Source: an uncultured Bacteroidia bacterium (GTDB lineage: Bacteria > Bacteroidota > Bacteroidia > J057 > CALLMJ01). Taken from it: 64,000 bases of DNA. The DNA is taken from assembly GCA_938005475.1 (NCBI GenBank), contig CALLNY010000005.1:5684-69683 (forward strand), in the 5' to 3' direction. Positions 56,262 to 64,000 of this stretch are shown here, one piece after another (position 1 is the stretch's first letter; each line of letters opens with the position of its first letter). The position numbers were made by a program, and so were the translations under genes. The notes under the pieces are model-generated. The model had not been told where the DNA came from. It did no database searches and worked only from the letters and a program-made list of their open reading frames with translations.

Positions 56262-57734
56262 ATGAATTGGTCAGAAATTTTTAAAACTTTATTTGTTTAT
56301 AACCCAAGCGAACCTATGCTCTTTACGAGCGGTGTATTCTTAATATGGTATTGCTTATTTTTATTAGTTTATTCATGGATATATAACGTTAAAATATATC
56401 GCACTTTATGGGTTATATTATTTAGTTTCTTTTTTTACTACAAATCTTCTGGTGGATATTTAGTAATTTTATGTTTTTCTATACTTTTAGATTATTATGT
56501 AGCACGTTGGATTTATCAATCTTCCAATCCATCAAAACAAAAGTTTCTGCTTATTCTTTCTATTACTTGTAATTTGCTCTTATTAGGCTATTTCAAATAT
56601 ACCAATTTGATTTTAAGCACTTTGAGTAGAATCGTAAGCTTAAAGTTCGAGACATTAGATATATTTTTGCCTATTGGCATTTCTTTTTATACCTTTCAAA
56701 CCATATCTTATATTGTAGATGTATACAAAAAAGAAATTAAACCTACTGAAAATCTTTTAGATTATACGTTTTATATGTCTTTTTTTCCCCATTTAGTAGC
56801 AGGACCGATTGTAAGAGCACGAGATTTTCTTCCCCAACTATATCAAAAGTTAATAATTACCAACGAATATGTACAGGAAGGTTTATGGATGATTTTAAAA
56901 GGATTTATTAAGAAAGCTATTATTGCCGATTATGTAGCTCAATACAATGATTTAGTTTTTGGTGGTGTAAAAAACTACTCAGGTTTTGAAAACCTAATGG
57001 GATTGTATGGATATGCTTTGCAAATTTATTGTGATTTTTCTGGTTATTCGGATATGGCAATAGGGTTTGCTTTATTGATGGGCTATCGGCTTTTGCCAAA
57101 TTTCAATAGTCCTTATGTTTCGTTGAATATTACGGAGTTCTGGCGAAGATGGCATATTTCACTTTCTCACTGGCTCAGAGATTATGTTTATATTCCGCAA
57201 GGCGGAAATCAGAAAGGACTTTTCTGGCAAAATGTATTTCTATTAAACACAATGTTGATTGGTGGCTTGTGGCATGGTGCAGACTGGAAATTCGTTTTAT
57301 GGGGCGGCATACATGGACTTGCATTAGTACTTCATAAACTATATCAAAATTTCATTGGAAAGACCTATAAACTAAAAGAAAATATATTTGTTGATTTGGT
57401 TTCATGGTTAATTACGTTTCATTTTGTTGCATTTTTATGGGTTTACTTTAGAGCTAGCAGTTTCTACGAAGCTAATTTATTTATTATACATATCGTTACA
57501 AATTTTGATTGTGCATATTTTATTCCCTTCTTACAAGCAAGATATTTATTTTGTTTGATGTTGAGTTTAGGATTTACTATCCATTTTATGCCTAATTCTT
57601 TCAAAAATCAATTATTTGGTTATTTCTCTAAAATGCCCTTTTGGGGAAAAACTGTCATTTTTGTGATAGTCATTCAAACTATGATACAATTACGCTCAGA
57701 AACTATTCAACCGTTTATTTATTTTCAATTCTAA
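56262..57734 (+). CDS. MBOAT family O-acyltransferase (AlgI/DltB/PatA type)
   Basis: PIGISFYTFQ, FFPHLVAGPI, YCDFSGYSDMAIG, FWRRWHISLS, catalytic GLWHGA, C-terminal QPFIYFQF. Confidence 0.92.
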   Translation: MNWSEIFKTLFVYNPSEPMLFTSGVFLIWYCLFLLVYSWIYNVKIYRTLWVILFSFFFYYKSSGGYLVILCFSILLDYYVARWIYQSSNPSKQKFLLILSITCNLLLLGYFKYTNLILSTLSRIVSLKFETLDIFLPIGISFYTFQTISYIVDVYKKEIKPTENLLDYTFYMSFFPHLVAGPIVRARDFLPQLYQKLIITNEYVQEGLWMILKGFIKKAIIADYVAQYNDLVFGGVKNYSGFENLMGLYGYALQIYCDFSGYSDMAIGFALLMGYRLLPNFNSPYVSLNITEFWRRWHISLSHWLRDYVYIPQGGNQKGLFWQNVFLLNTMLIGGLWHGADWKFVLWGGIHGLALVLHKLYQNFIGKTYKLKENIFVDLVSWLITFHFVAFLWVYFRASSFYEANLFIIHIVTNFDCAYFIPFLQARYLFCLMLSLGFTIHFMPNSFKNQLFGYFSKMPFWGKTVIFVIVIQTMIQLRSETIQPFIYFQF

Positions 57735-57821
57735 TAAGTATTTATGCGTAATTTTATCCCTAATTATTAGTAATTTTTAAACTTATTGCCATAAATATTG
57801 ATGCTTTGTCAAAAATATCTA

Positions 57822-57829
57822 TACTTTTG
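57822..57829 (+). promoter_or_regulatory. -7 promoter element with no annotated downstream gene
   Basis: TACTTTTG 20 nt before the ATG at 57850. Confidence 0.5.
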
Positions 57830-57849
57830 TAACGCTTTATAAACTTAAC

Positions 57850-57963
57850 ATGATACGTCCAAGGTCTAGGTCTTCCATAACATTTAGCGATATATCTTTA
57901 AAATTGTTACCTATTTGTATTTTTTTAGTATTAACTATAAAATTATTGCAGTGGCTACTGTAA
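57850..57963 (+). CDS. Putative 37-aa single-TM small protein (absent from ORF track)
   Basis: MIRPRSRSSITFSDISLKLLPICIFLVLTIKLLQWLL, with an upstream promoter and an A-rich initiation region (A at -3). Confidence 0.4.
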   Translation: MIRPRSRSSITFSDISLKLLPICIFLVLTIKLLQWLL

Positions 57964-57968
57964 GATTT

Positions 57969-59588
57969 TTATGAAAGTTTTTTTGATAGAAGTTTTTTAT
58001 TTAAAACAAGGATACTTATCAAAAGCCCAAGCCACGAAATCCAATCCCCTAACATTACATACAGAGTTTTATAATGGTAATGTTTCACTTGGACATCTAT
58101 AAACAAGGGCTTCCACCAATCCGTAGATTTTAAAATATTACCTTGATTGTCAATATGCATACTTAAACCAGTGTTAGCACAACGAACTATTTCCCTACGT
58201 GTTTCAATGGCTCTTAATTTTGCGTAGTACGCATGTTGAACATATCCTGAACTTTTTCCCCACCAACCATCATTTGTTATTACACTAATAAATTTTGCTC
58301 CTTTTTGTACAATCTGTCTCACATGATGTGGGAAAATAGATTCGTAACATATTACATTTCCAATTTCATTGGTTGTTTTTCCATCTAGACAATAAATGCT
58401 ATCAGGAATACCATAATTCCCAAAACCACCACCTAAATCAATTTGAATAATACTTTGTAAACACTTCAAATAATCATAATAAGGTGTTCTTTCTACGAAT
58501 GGTACCAACTTAGATTTTTCGTAAAACTCTGGACTTGTATCCCCAAGTACCGTTGAAGAATTATATGCTTGTATCCATTGATTTTCATAACGTTTTGCCG
58601 TACTTGGTGCATTAAGCTCATTATCAAATACCTTATATTCCGAACAACCAGTCAATAAAGGAACTTTATGCTTCTGTACAACGTCTAATAAGGGTTGAAG
58701 TCTTGGGTCCTCTAAATAACTATGATAAAAAATTCCAAAAGGGATAGCCGTTTCTGGTAAAATCACCAAGTCCAAACTATCTATGCCGTTCGCTTTATAC
58801 ATCTTTGTAAAAAGCGCTATTTGACTATCTTCCGACAAAACCTCAAATTTTTGATAAGGGTCTATATTGGGTTGAAGAATTCTTACATTCCATGTTTTTT
58901 CTACTTTGTAAGCATTACGAAATGGTAAAGTAAGAAAAATAGAAAGGACGAATGGAAAAAACACAACAAAAGCAAGGGCATATTGAAGTTTACGATTATG
59001 GATTTCATGTAAAAGAAGAAAACACAAAATATTGATTAATAGTAATAATGCAGAAGCACCATAAATACCTGTAAATTCAATGAATTGAATGTAAAATGGA
59101 AAGGAAGCAAAGGAGTGTCCTAACGTAAGCCAAGACCATGTCAGTTCCCATTGAAAATGTAAAAACTCAAAACTTATCCATAACGGGATAAATGTTAAAT
59201 AGCAATTTAAAGAAGTACTTTTTTTTCTGATATACCAAAATAAAGCGATAGGTATGGTCATCAAAAAAGGGTTTAAGGTATTAGCTAAAAAACCTGCGAA
59301 AAAATTTTGGAAAGCCTCATTGAAAGAATTGGCTCCAATTACCGTTAAACATAGCCAGTATCCAACAATTATATTCCATAATAAAAGAGCAAAATAAGTT
59401 TTCCAATATTTTTTGGGGCTGTACTCCCAAATATAGAACAGAGGAATCCAACCTATACACGCCAAAAAAGGAAAAGGAAAAGGTGGAAAAGATAATCCAA
59501 GTAGTAAACCACTCAAAAAAACTAAAATAAAAGGCTTATTAAGGGCTTTGGAATGAAAGAATGGATGGATATTTTGTAAAATCCTCAT
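57969..59588 (-). CDS. lnt: Apolipoprotein N-acyltransferase
   Basis: WSWLTLG, QPNIDP, catalytic E (LPETA), K (SKLVPFVE), C (ICYESIF), TNDGWWG, RCANTGLS. Confidence 0.95.
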   Translation of the reverse strand: MRILQNIHPFFHSKALNKPFILVFLSGLLLGLSFPPFPFPFLACIGWIPLFYIWEYSPKKYWKTYFALLLWNIIVGYWLCLTVIGANSFNEAFQNFFAGFLANTLNPFLMTIPIALFWYIRKKSTSLNCYLTFIPLWISFEFLHFQWELTWSWLTLGHSFASFPFYIQFIEFTGIYGASALLLLINILCFLLLHEIHNRKLQYALAFVVFFPFVLSIFLTLPFRNAYKVEKTWNVRILQPNIDPYQKFEVLSEDSQIALFTKMYKANGIDSLDLVILPETAIPFGIFYHSYLEDPRLQPLLDVVQKHKVPLLTGCSEYKVFDNELNAPSTAKRYENQWIQAYNSSTVLGDTSPEFYEKSKLVPFVERTPYYDYLKCLQSIIQIDLGGGFGNYGIPDSIYCLDGKTTNEIGNVICYESIFPHHVRQIVQKGAKFISVITNDGWWGKSSGYVQHAYYAKLRAIETRREIVRCANTGLSMHIDNQGNILKSTDWWKPLFIDVQVKHYHYKTLYVMLGDWISWLGLLISILVLNKKLLSKKLS

Positions 59589-59591
59589 ACA

Positions 59592-61589
59592 TTAAGCAAT
59601 TTCTGTGACGGGTTCAATCCATTTGCCATCGGCTTGAATAAGTTTAATAAGCTCTTGAACAGCATTTTCAGAAGGTACATCTCTAACTAAAAGTTCTTTT
59701 CCTTTGTAAAGGGAGATTGTTCCATGCCCTGAGCCAACATAGCCATAATCTGCGTCAGCCATCTCCCCAGGGCCGTTCACAATACAGCCCATAACTGCTA
59801 TTTTTACACCTTTTAAGTGTTCCGTATGACGCCTTATCATAGCAGTTGTTGTCTGTAAATCAAATAAGGTTCTACCGCATGAAGGACATGAAATATACTC
59901 GGTTTTAGTCATTCGTAACCTACTGGCTTGTAAAATACCAAAAGAGGTTTCATTGATCGTTTTTAAACTTATTCTTTCGTCTGAAGTTTGTAATAAAATA
60001 CCATCTATTAAGCCATCTATCAATAAAGCACCAAGTCTTCCTGCCGCCGCAATTTGAAAATATTCCCATTCCTTCACTCCTTCATAAAACTCCTCTTCAA
60101 TAAAAGTCTCTAAAATTATTGGTGCTTGAATACCTTTTTTTATCCATAGAGCAATCGCAAGCCGTATGGGCTGTATCGAATACGTTTCACCGCTTAAAAT
60201 AAAAACTACATTTTGAGAAAAAGGAGGATAAAAATTTTCAAATAAAATATCTTCAACTCTTATTTTTACAAAATTCAGTATATCCGAACGAATTAGTGCA
60301 TGCTTAAAAGCATTGTAATTATCAAATAAAGGGAAGATATTACGTTGAGGAGACTTAATCCAAAAGTGATAGGGTTGTATGACATTCAATGAATTAGGAA
60401 GGTCAAAATCAAGGGATTGTTTACCTATGATAAGATAGTCAGCGGCGTTATCTTGAAAATTCCATTTATCAGTTTGCAAGTTATAAATATAACCTATGGC
60501 TTCCAAAGTTTCATAAGAAATAGATTTTAGATTTTGGAGGTCTATAAGGACGCGAGGTAGTTCATTTTGACCTATTTGGTGAACTTTTTGGGTTTTTCTT
60601 CTTTGAAATTGAAAAGGGTCATAAGGAAGTTGGTAGTTTGAATAGGATTCACGATAGGAAGGATATTTTGCTATCCAATGCTGTAAATGGTTTTTTTGGT
60701 TTTCAAAATGATGGAGAATAGCTTTTGCAACAGGTATTTCTGCTTCAGGAGGTTCTGTAAGTGAGACACGGATGGTATCCCCTAAACCATCCGCTAATAG
60801 TGTTCCAATACCAATAGTAGATTTTATTCTTCCATCAGAACCATCTCCTGCTTCTGTAACACCTAAATGCAAAGGATAGTAGTATTTAGTTCTTTTTTTT
60901 ATCATTTCATGAACTAACAACCGATAAGCATACACCATGATTTGAGTGTTAGAAGCTTTCATGGAGATAACAATTGAATGGAAATCTTCTTTTTCGCAGA
61001 AATGGATGAATTCAAGGGCAGATTCTACCATACCTTTTGGGTTATCTCCATAGAAACTCATAATTCTATCGGATAGCGAACCATAATTTGTTCCAATACG
61101 TAGAGCTGTTTGATTTTGTTTAAGGATTTTAAGTAAGGGCAAAAATTTTTTTTCAATTTTTTGGAGTTCATTTTGGTAGATTTCTGGTGTGTATTCAAGG
61201 AGTTCAAATTTTTTTTTATCGGCGTAATTTCCGGGGTTGATACGGACTTTTTCTACGATTTGAGCGGCAATTTCAGCGGCATTAGGTGTAAAATGAATAT
61301 CCGCAACTAATGGAGTATTGAAACCTTTTTTTTGTAGTTCATTTTTTATATTTTTTAGATTTTGAGCTTCTTTTTTAGAAGGAGCTGTGATACGAACCAA
61401 TTCACAACCTGCTTGTATCATTCGAATGGATTCTTCTACGGTTGCGTTGGTGTTCATAGTATCTGCGGTTGTCATAGATTGAACGACAATTGGGTGCGAT
61501 CCTCCAATGCATAATGATGAACCTATTTGTACAGGTAAGGTTTTTAATCGAACGGGTTCAATTAAAGAAAGACAGTAAATAGTATTCAT
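59592..61589 (-). CDS. ispG: (E)-4-hydroxy-3-methylbut-2-enyl-diphosphate synthase, long three-domain form
   Basis: VQSMTT, LVADIHF, RINPGN, RIGTNYGSLS, PLHLGVTEAG, DTIRVSLT, ISCPSCGRT, VMGCIVNGPGEM. Confidence 0.97.
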   Translation of the reverse strand: MNTIYCLSLIEPVRLKTLPVQIGSSLCIGGSHPIVVQSMTTADTMNTNATVEESIRMIQAGCELVRITAPSKKEAQNLKNIKNELQKKGFNTPLVADIHFTPNAAEIAAQIVEKVRINPGNYADKKKFELLEYTPEIYQNELQKIEKKFLPLLKILKQNQTALRIGTNYGSLSDRIMSFYGDNPKGMVESALEFIHFCEKEDFHSIVISMKASNTQIMVYAYRLLVHEMIKKRTKYYYPLHLGVTEAGDGSDGRIKSTIGIGTLLADGLGDTIRVSLTEPPEAEIPVAKAILHHFENQKNHLQHWIAKYPSYRESYSNYQLPYDPFQFQRRKTQKVHQIGQNELPRVLIDLQNLKSISYETLEAIGYIYNLQTDKWNFQDNAADYLIIGKQSLDFDLPNSLNVIQPYHFWIKSPQRNIFPLFDNYNAFKHALIRSDILNFVKIRVEDILFENFYPPFSQNVVFILSGETYSIQPIRLAIALWIKKGIQAPIILETFIEEEFYEGVKEWEYFQIAAAGRLGALLIDGLIDGILLQTSDERISLKTINETSFGILQASRLRMTKTEYISCPSCGRTLFDLQTTTAMIRRHTEHLKGVKIAVMGCIVNGPGEMADADYGYVGSGHGTISLYKGKELLVRDVPSENAVQELIKLIQADGKWIEPVTEIA

Positions 61590-61816
61590 AAAATCGCCTC
61601 CACTTTTTTTATTTCAGGAATAGATTTGATAATAGTTTGTTCTAAACCTGCCTTCATGGTCATAGTATTCATATTACAACTTTCACAACTGCCTAATAAT
61701 TTTACTTTTAAAACGTCTCCTTCAATTTCTACTACCTTAACATCACCACCATCGGATTGTAAATAAGGTCTTAAAGTATCAAGCACTTCTTCCACTCTTT
61801 CTAAAAGCGTTTTCAT
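61586..61816 (-). CDS. NifU/NfuA C-terminal domain Fe-S carrier
   Basis: LRPYLQSDGGDV, GSCESC (CxxC), GLEQ. Start at 61816 supported by the promoter. Confidence 0.92.
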   Translation of the reverse strand: MKTLLERVEEVLDTLRPYLQSDGGDVKVVEIEGDVLKVKLLGSCESCNMNTMTMKAGLEQTIIKSIPEIKKVEAIL

Positions 61817-61821
61817 GACTA

Positions 61822-61829
61822 CAAATCTA
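61822..61829 (-). promoter_or_regulatory. -7 promoter element 5 nt before the NifU ATG
   Basis: Minus strand reads TAGATTTG-TAGTC-ATG. Confidence 0.65.
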
Positions 61830-61914
61830 CTATGATTTTTAGGTAAACACAAAAAAGCCGTAAAAAATTTAGCTTGTAAGAAGAGAATAATTATTAAAAT
61901 GAAGAAATTCCTTT

Positions 61915-61922
61915 TACTTTTG
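61915..61922 (+). promoter_or_regulatory. -7 promoter element 4 nt before the USP ATG
   Basis: TACTTTTG-TAAC-ATG. Confidence 0.6.
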
Positions 61923-61926
61923 TAAC

Positions 61927-62724
61927 ATGAAAAAGGTTGTTATTCCATTAGATTTAAGCCCGGAGAATTTTAATGTACTTCCTTACTTAAAACTTTTTCC
62001 TAAGGAAACAACGGAATTTATTTTTTTGCATGTATGGCAATCTTCATTTTGGAACAGGCAACAAGAACTGAAGTTGAATAATAAAGAGCTTCTGGATTCA
62101 CTAAAAAATCATTCAAGTTTGGAAGGTTTAAATATTAGAACCGCTTGGTTAGAGAGTAATCAATCAGTGGGAGTTGTTTTAAATCAGTACATAGAAAAAG
62201 AAAAAGCGGATTTGGTTTTGATGGTAGTAAAGCAAAAAGACCAACTAGATAAAATGATTTTAGGTACAGAGGCTACAAAAATATTACAGAATTGTTTTAT
62301 TCCAATATTAGTAGTACCGAGGAAAGTAGCGAAGGTTCAATTTAAAAAAGCTACTTTTTTTACAGATGCATCACCGGTATCTATAACGGCTTTTCTTAAT
62401 ATACTTCCTTATTTAGATTTTTTTCAATCAGAAGTAAATATCATAAAAGTGAATACGCCCACAGACTTTATTTCTTCAAGAGAATTTTTATCTTTTCAAA
62501 ATGCTATTCACGAGCAAATTTCTAGAAGATTAAGTTTTGATATTTATTGCGATTATGAAGTGGAAAAAGGAGTATTAGATTACGCATTGGATTATAATAT
62601 TGATTTGATTGTATTAGCAACACACGGAAGAAAAGGGTTAGCGTTAATGTTAAACGGCTCTGTTACGGAAGAAGTTATTTGTGCAAGCTTTAAGCCTGTT
62701 TTAATTTGTCGCATACCTAATTAG
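61927..62724 (+). CDS. Universal stress protein (tandem USP domains)
   Basis: KKVVIPLDLS, ADLVLM..LGTEATKIL..PILVVP, DLIVLATHGRKGL..GSVTEEV. Confidence 0.9.
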   Translation: MKKVVIPLDLSPENFNVLPYLKLFPKETTEFIFLHVWQSSFWNRQQELKLNNKELLDSLKNHSSLEGLNIRTAWLESNQSVGVVLNQYIEKEKADLVLMVVKQKDQLDKMILGTEATKILQNCFIPILVVPRKVAKVQFKKATFFTDASPVSITAFLNILPYLDFFQSEVNIIKVNTPTDFISSREFLSFQNAIHEQISRRLSFDIYCDYEVEKGVLDYALDYNIDLIVLATHGRKGLALMLNGSVTEEVICASFKPVLICRIPN

Positions 62725-62755
62725 CATAAAATGCAATCTTTTTAAAAGAATTTTT

Positions 62756-62763
62756 TAAATTTG
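62756..62763 (+). promoter_or_regulatory. -7 promoter element
   Basis: TAAATTTG upstream of the reductase. Confidence 0.6.
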
Positions 62764-62782
62764 CAGAAAAATCATAAAGTAA

Positions 62783-63847
62783 ATGAAATTCTACTCGTTA
62801 AAAATTAAAGAGGTACAACCCGAAACAAATGAGGCGGTTGTAGTAACTTTGGAGAAGCCTGAAGGAAATATCTTTGACTATAAGGCTGGCCAATATTTGA
62901 CTTTCAAAGTTTACATCCAAGGACAGCAACATAGAAGAGCTTACTCATTATGTTCAGCACCTAATTTAGATAAGGACTTACAAGTTTGTGTAAAGCGCGT
63001 ACATAATGGTTTAGTTTCGAATTATATCAATCAATCCTGGCATAAAGGAGATATTATAGAAGTTTTACCACCTAATGGAAATTTTTGTGTAAAAACCGAA
63101 GCTAATCGTTTGCATCATTATATTTTAATTGCAGGGGGAAGCGGTATAACACCTATTTTTTCTATTTTAAGAACTGTTTTACATGAAGAACATTTTGCTT
63201 TTGTTACTCTGATCTATGCAAATCGTGATGAAAATTCCATTATTTTTGGTAAATGGATTGATAATCTACAATTTAAGCATAGAGATAGATTTACTGTGCA
63301 TCATGTTTTGGAAAATCCTATCGGGGATTGGAGAGGCTTAACAGGAAGAATTGGAAATGATGATACTACGAAACTCCTAAAAGAAGTTATTCAACGTCAT
63401 AATCTAGAAAGTTCTGTTTATTTATGTGGACCCTCGGGTATGATGGATGCCGTTAAACATATACTAGAAAAATACAAATATCCAAAAGAACAAATATTTA
63501 CAGAGTCTTTCGGTGCTACCAAGGAGATTGAGGGTTTTAATACTTTAATAGATACGGCTAATATTCAGTATAATACGCATCAGGTGAAGGTGATACTAGA
63601 TGGAATGCCCCATATTTTAACGGTCAAGGCGGGACAGACTATTTTAGAATCCGCAATTCAAGCAAATTTAGACCCACCTTATGCATGCCAAGAAGGCTCT
63701 TGTAGTACTTGTAGAGCTTTATTACATTCTGGGAGGGTGCATTTATTAGAACGAGAAGGGCTCTCTGACAATGAAATGAAACAGGGATATGTTTTAACTT
63801 GCCAGTGTCATCCTTTATCAGACGATGTGGAAGTTGAATTTGGTTGA
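62783..63847 (+). CDS. FAD/NAD-binding reductase with C-terminal 2Fe-2S ferredoxin (PaaE/KshB-like)
   Basis: AGQYLT, RRAYSLCS, GLVSNY, IAGGSGITP, YLCGPSGMM, YACQEGSCSTC...LTCQ. Confidence 0.92.
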   Translation: MKFYSLKIKEVQPETNEAVVVTLEKPEGNIFDYKAGQYLTFKVYIQGQQHRRAYSLCSAPNLDKDLQVCVKRVHNGLVSNYINQSWHKGDIIEVLPPNGNFCVKTEANRLHHYILIAGGSGITPIFSILRTVLHEEHFAFVTLIYANRDENSIIFGKWIDNLQFKHRDRFTVHHVLENPIGDWRGLTGRIGNDDTTKLLKEVIQRHNLESSVYLCGPSGMMDAVKHILEKYKYPKEQIFTESFGATKEIEGFNTLIDTANIQYNTHQVKVILDGMPHILTVKAGQTILESAIQANLDPPYACQEGSCSTCRALLHSGRVHLLEREGLSDNEMKQGYVLTCQCHPLSDDVEVEFG

Positions 63848-63861
63848 TGAAAATTAGGTTC

Positions 63862-63890
63862 AAAAAATAACCCCCAAAATTTGGGGGCTT
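63862..63890. terminator. Terminator hairpin between convergent genes
   Basis: CCCCCAA-AAT-TTGGGGG preceded by an A-run (a T-run on the minus strand). Confidence 0.75.
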
Positions 63891-63906
63891 AATTATGTAA
63901 AACGTT

Positions 63907-63999
63907 TTAAAAATTCCATCTATATTGCAAACAGTAGCTTCTTTGTGGTCCCATAGAACCCGGTATTAACGCATATTCTTCATTAAATACATTGAAAAT
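63907..63999 (-). CDS. C-terminal fragment of an outer-membrane beta-barrel, likely a TonB-dependent receptor (truncated by window edge)
   Basis: Minus frame IFNVFNEEYALIPGSMGPQRSYCLQYRWNF*: the NxFN..Y motif and terminal Phe are typical of TBDR ends. Confidence 0.7.
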   Translation of the reverse strand: MFNVFNEEYALIPGSMGPQRSYCLQYRWNF

Positions 64000-64000
64000 A

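Noticed and set aside
492-63863. About 25 short ORF-track entries overlapping longer genes (e.g. 492-680, 9488-9787, 31419-31766, 31839-32285, 40623-40964)
   Set aside because: They are antisense or out-of-frame shadows of well-supported CDSs, with no motifs or start context.
1-64000. tRNA, rRNA, CRISPR, IS/transposase, integrase, phage or defence genes
   Set aside because: No T-loop or rRNA signatures, no spaced repeat arrays and no recognisable motifs found by eye; tRNAscan-SE, Infernal and DefenseFinder would confirm.

Overview
AT-rich Bacteroidota (Bacteroidia-like) chromosomal segment. The lineage call rests on TAnnTTTG sigma-ABfr promoters in front of most genes, T9SS C-terminal sorting domains, S46 peptidase, IPExxxVDY and DUF4249/TonB-receptor genes, and a long three-domain IspG. 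It holds about 57 CDSs, mostly housekeeping and envelope genes (bioD, copA, lolD, folK, ymdB, hisS, purK, tilS, nadA, thiL, xth, ybeY, mnmG, mqnD, lnt, ispG). I saw no rRNA, tRNA, CRISPR array, transposase, integrase or prophage gene. The main feature missing from the ORF track is that the window appears to contain the chromosomal origin domain. Evidence: a 384-bp gene-free AT-rich gap (44494-44877) packed with DnaA boxes, a tandem-box plus DnaA-trio-like element, a switch in + strand G/C skew, no dnaA nearby, and a pair of parS palindromes about 7 kb away (51871, 51909) just upstream of mnmG. Other leads: an orphan DltA-like D-amino-acid adenylation enzyme and an orphan AlgI/DltB-type MBOAT with a C-terminal Tyr acyl-shuttle motif (possibly a split envelope acylation system), two unannotated small ORFs (a 51-aa lipoprotein and a 37-aa membrane peptide), a T9SS-secreted cyanophycinase-like enzyme with altered specificity residues, futalosine-pathway MqnD, and several predicted leaderless mRNAs. 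All family calls come from motif recognition by eye; no database search was run.
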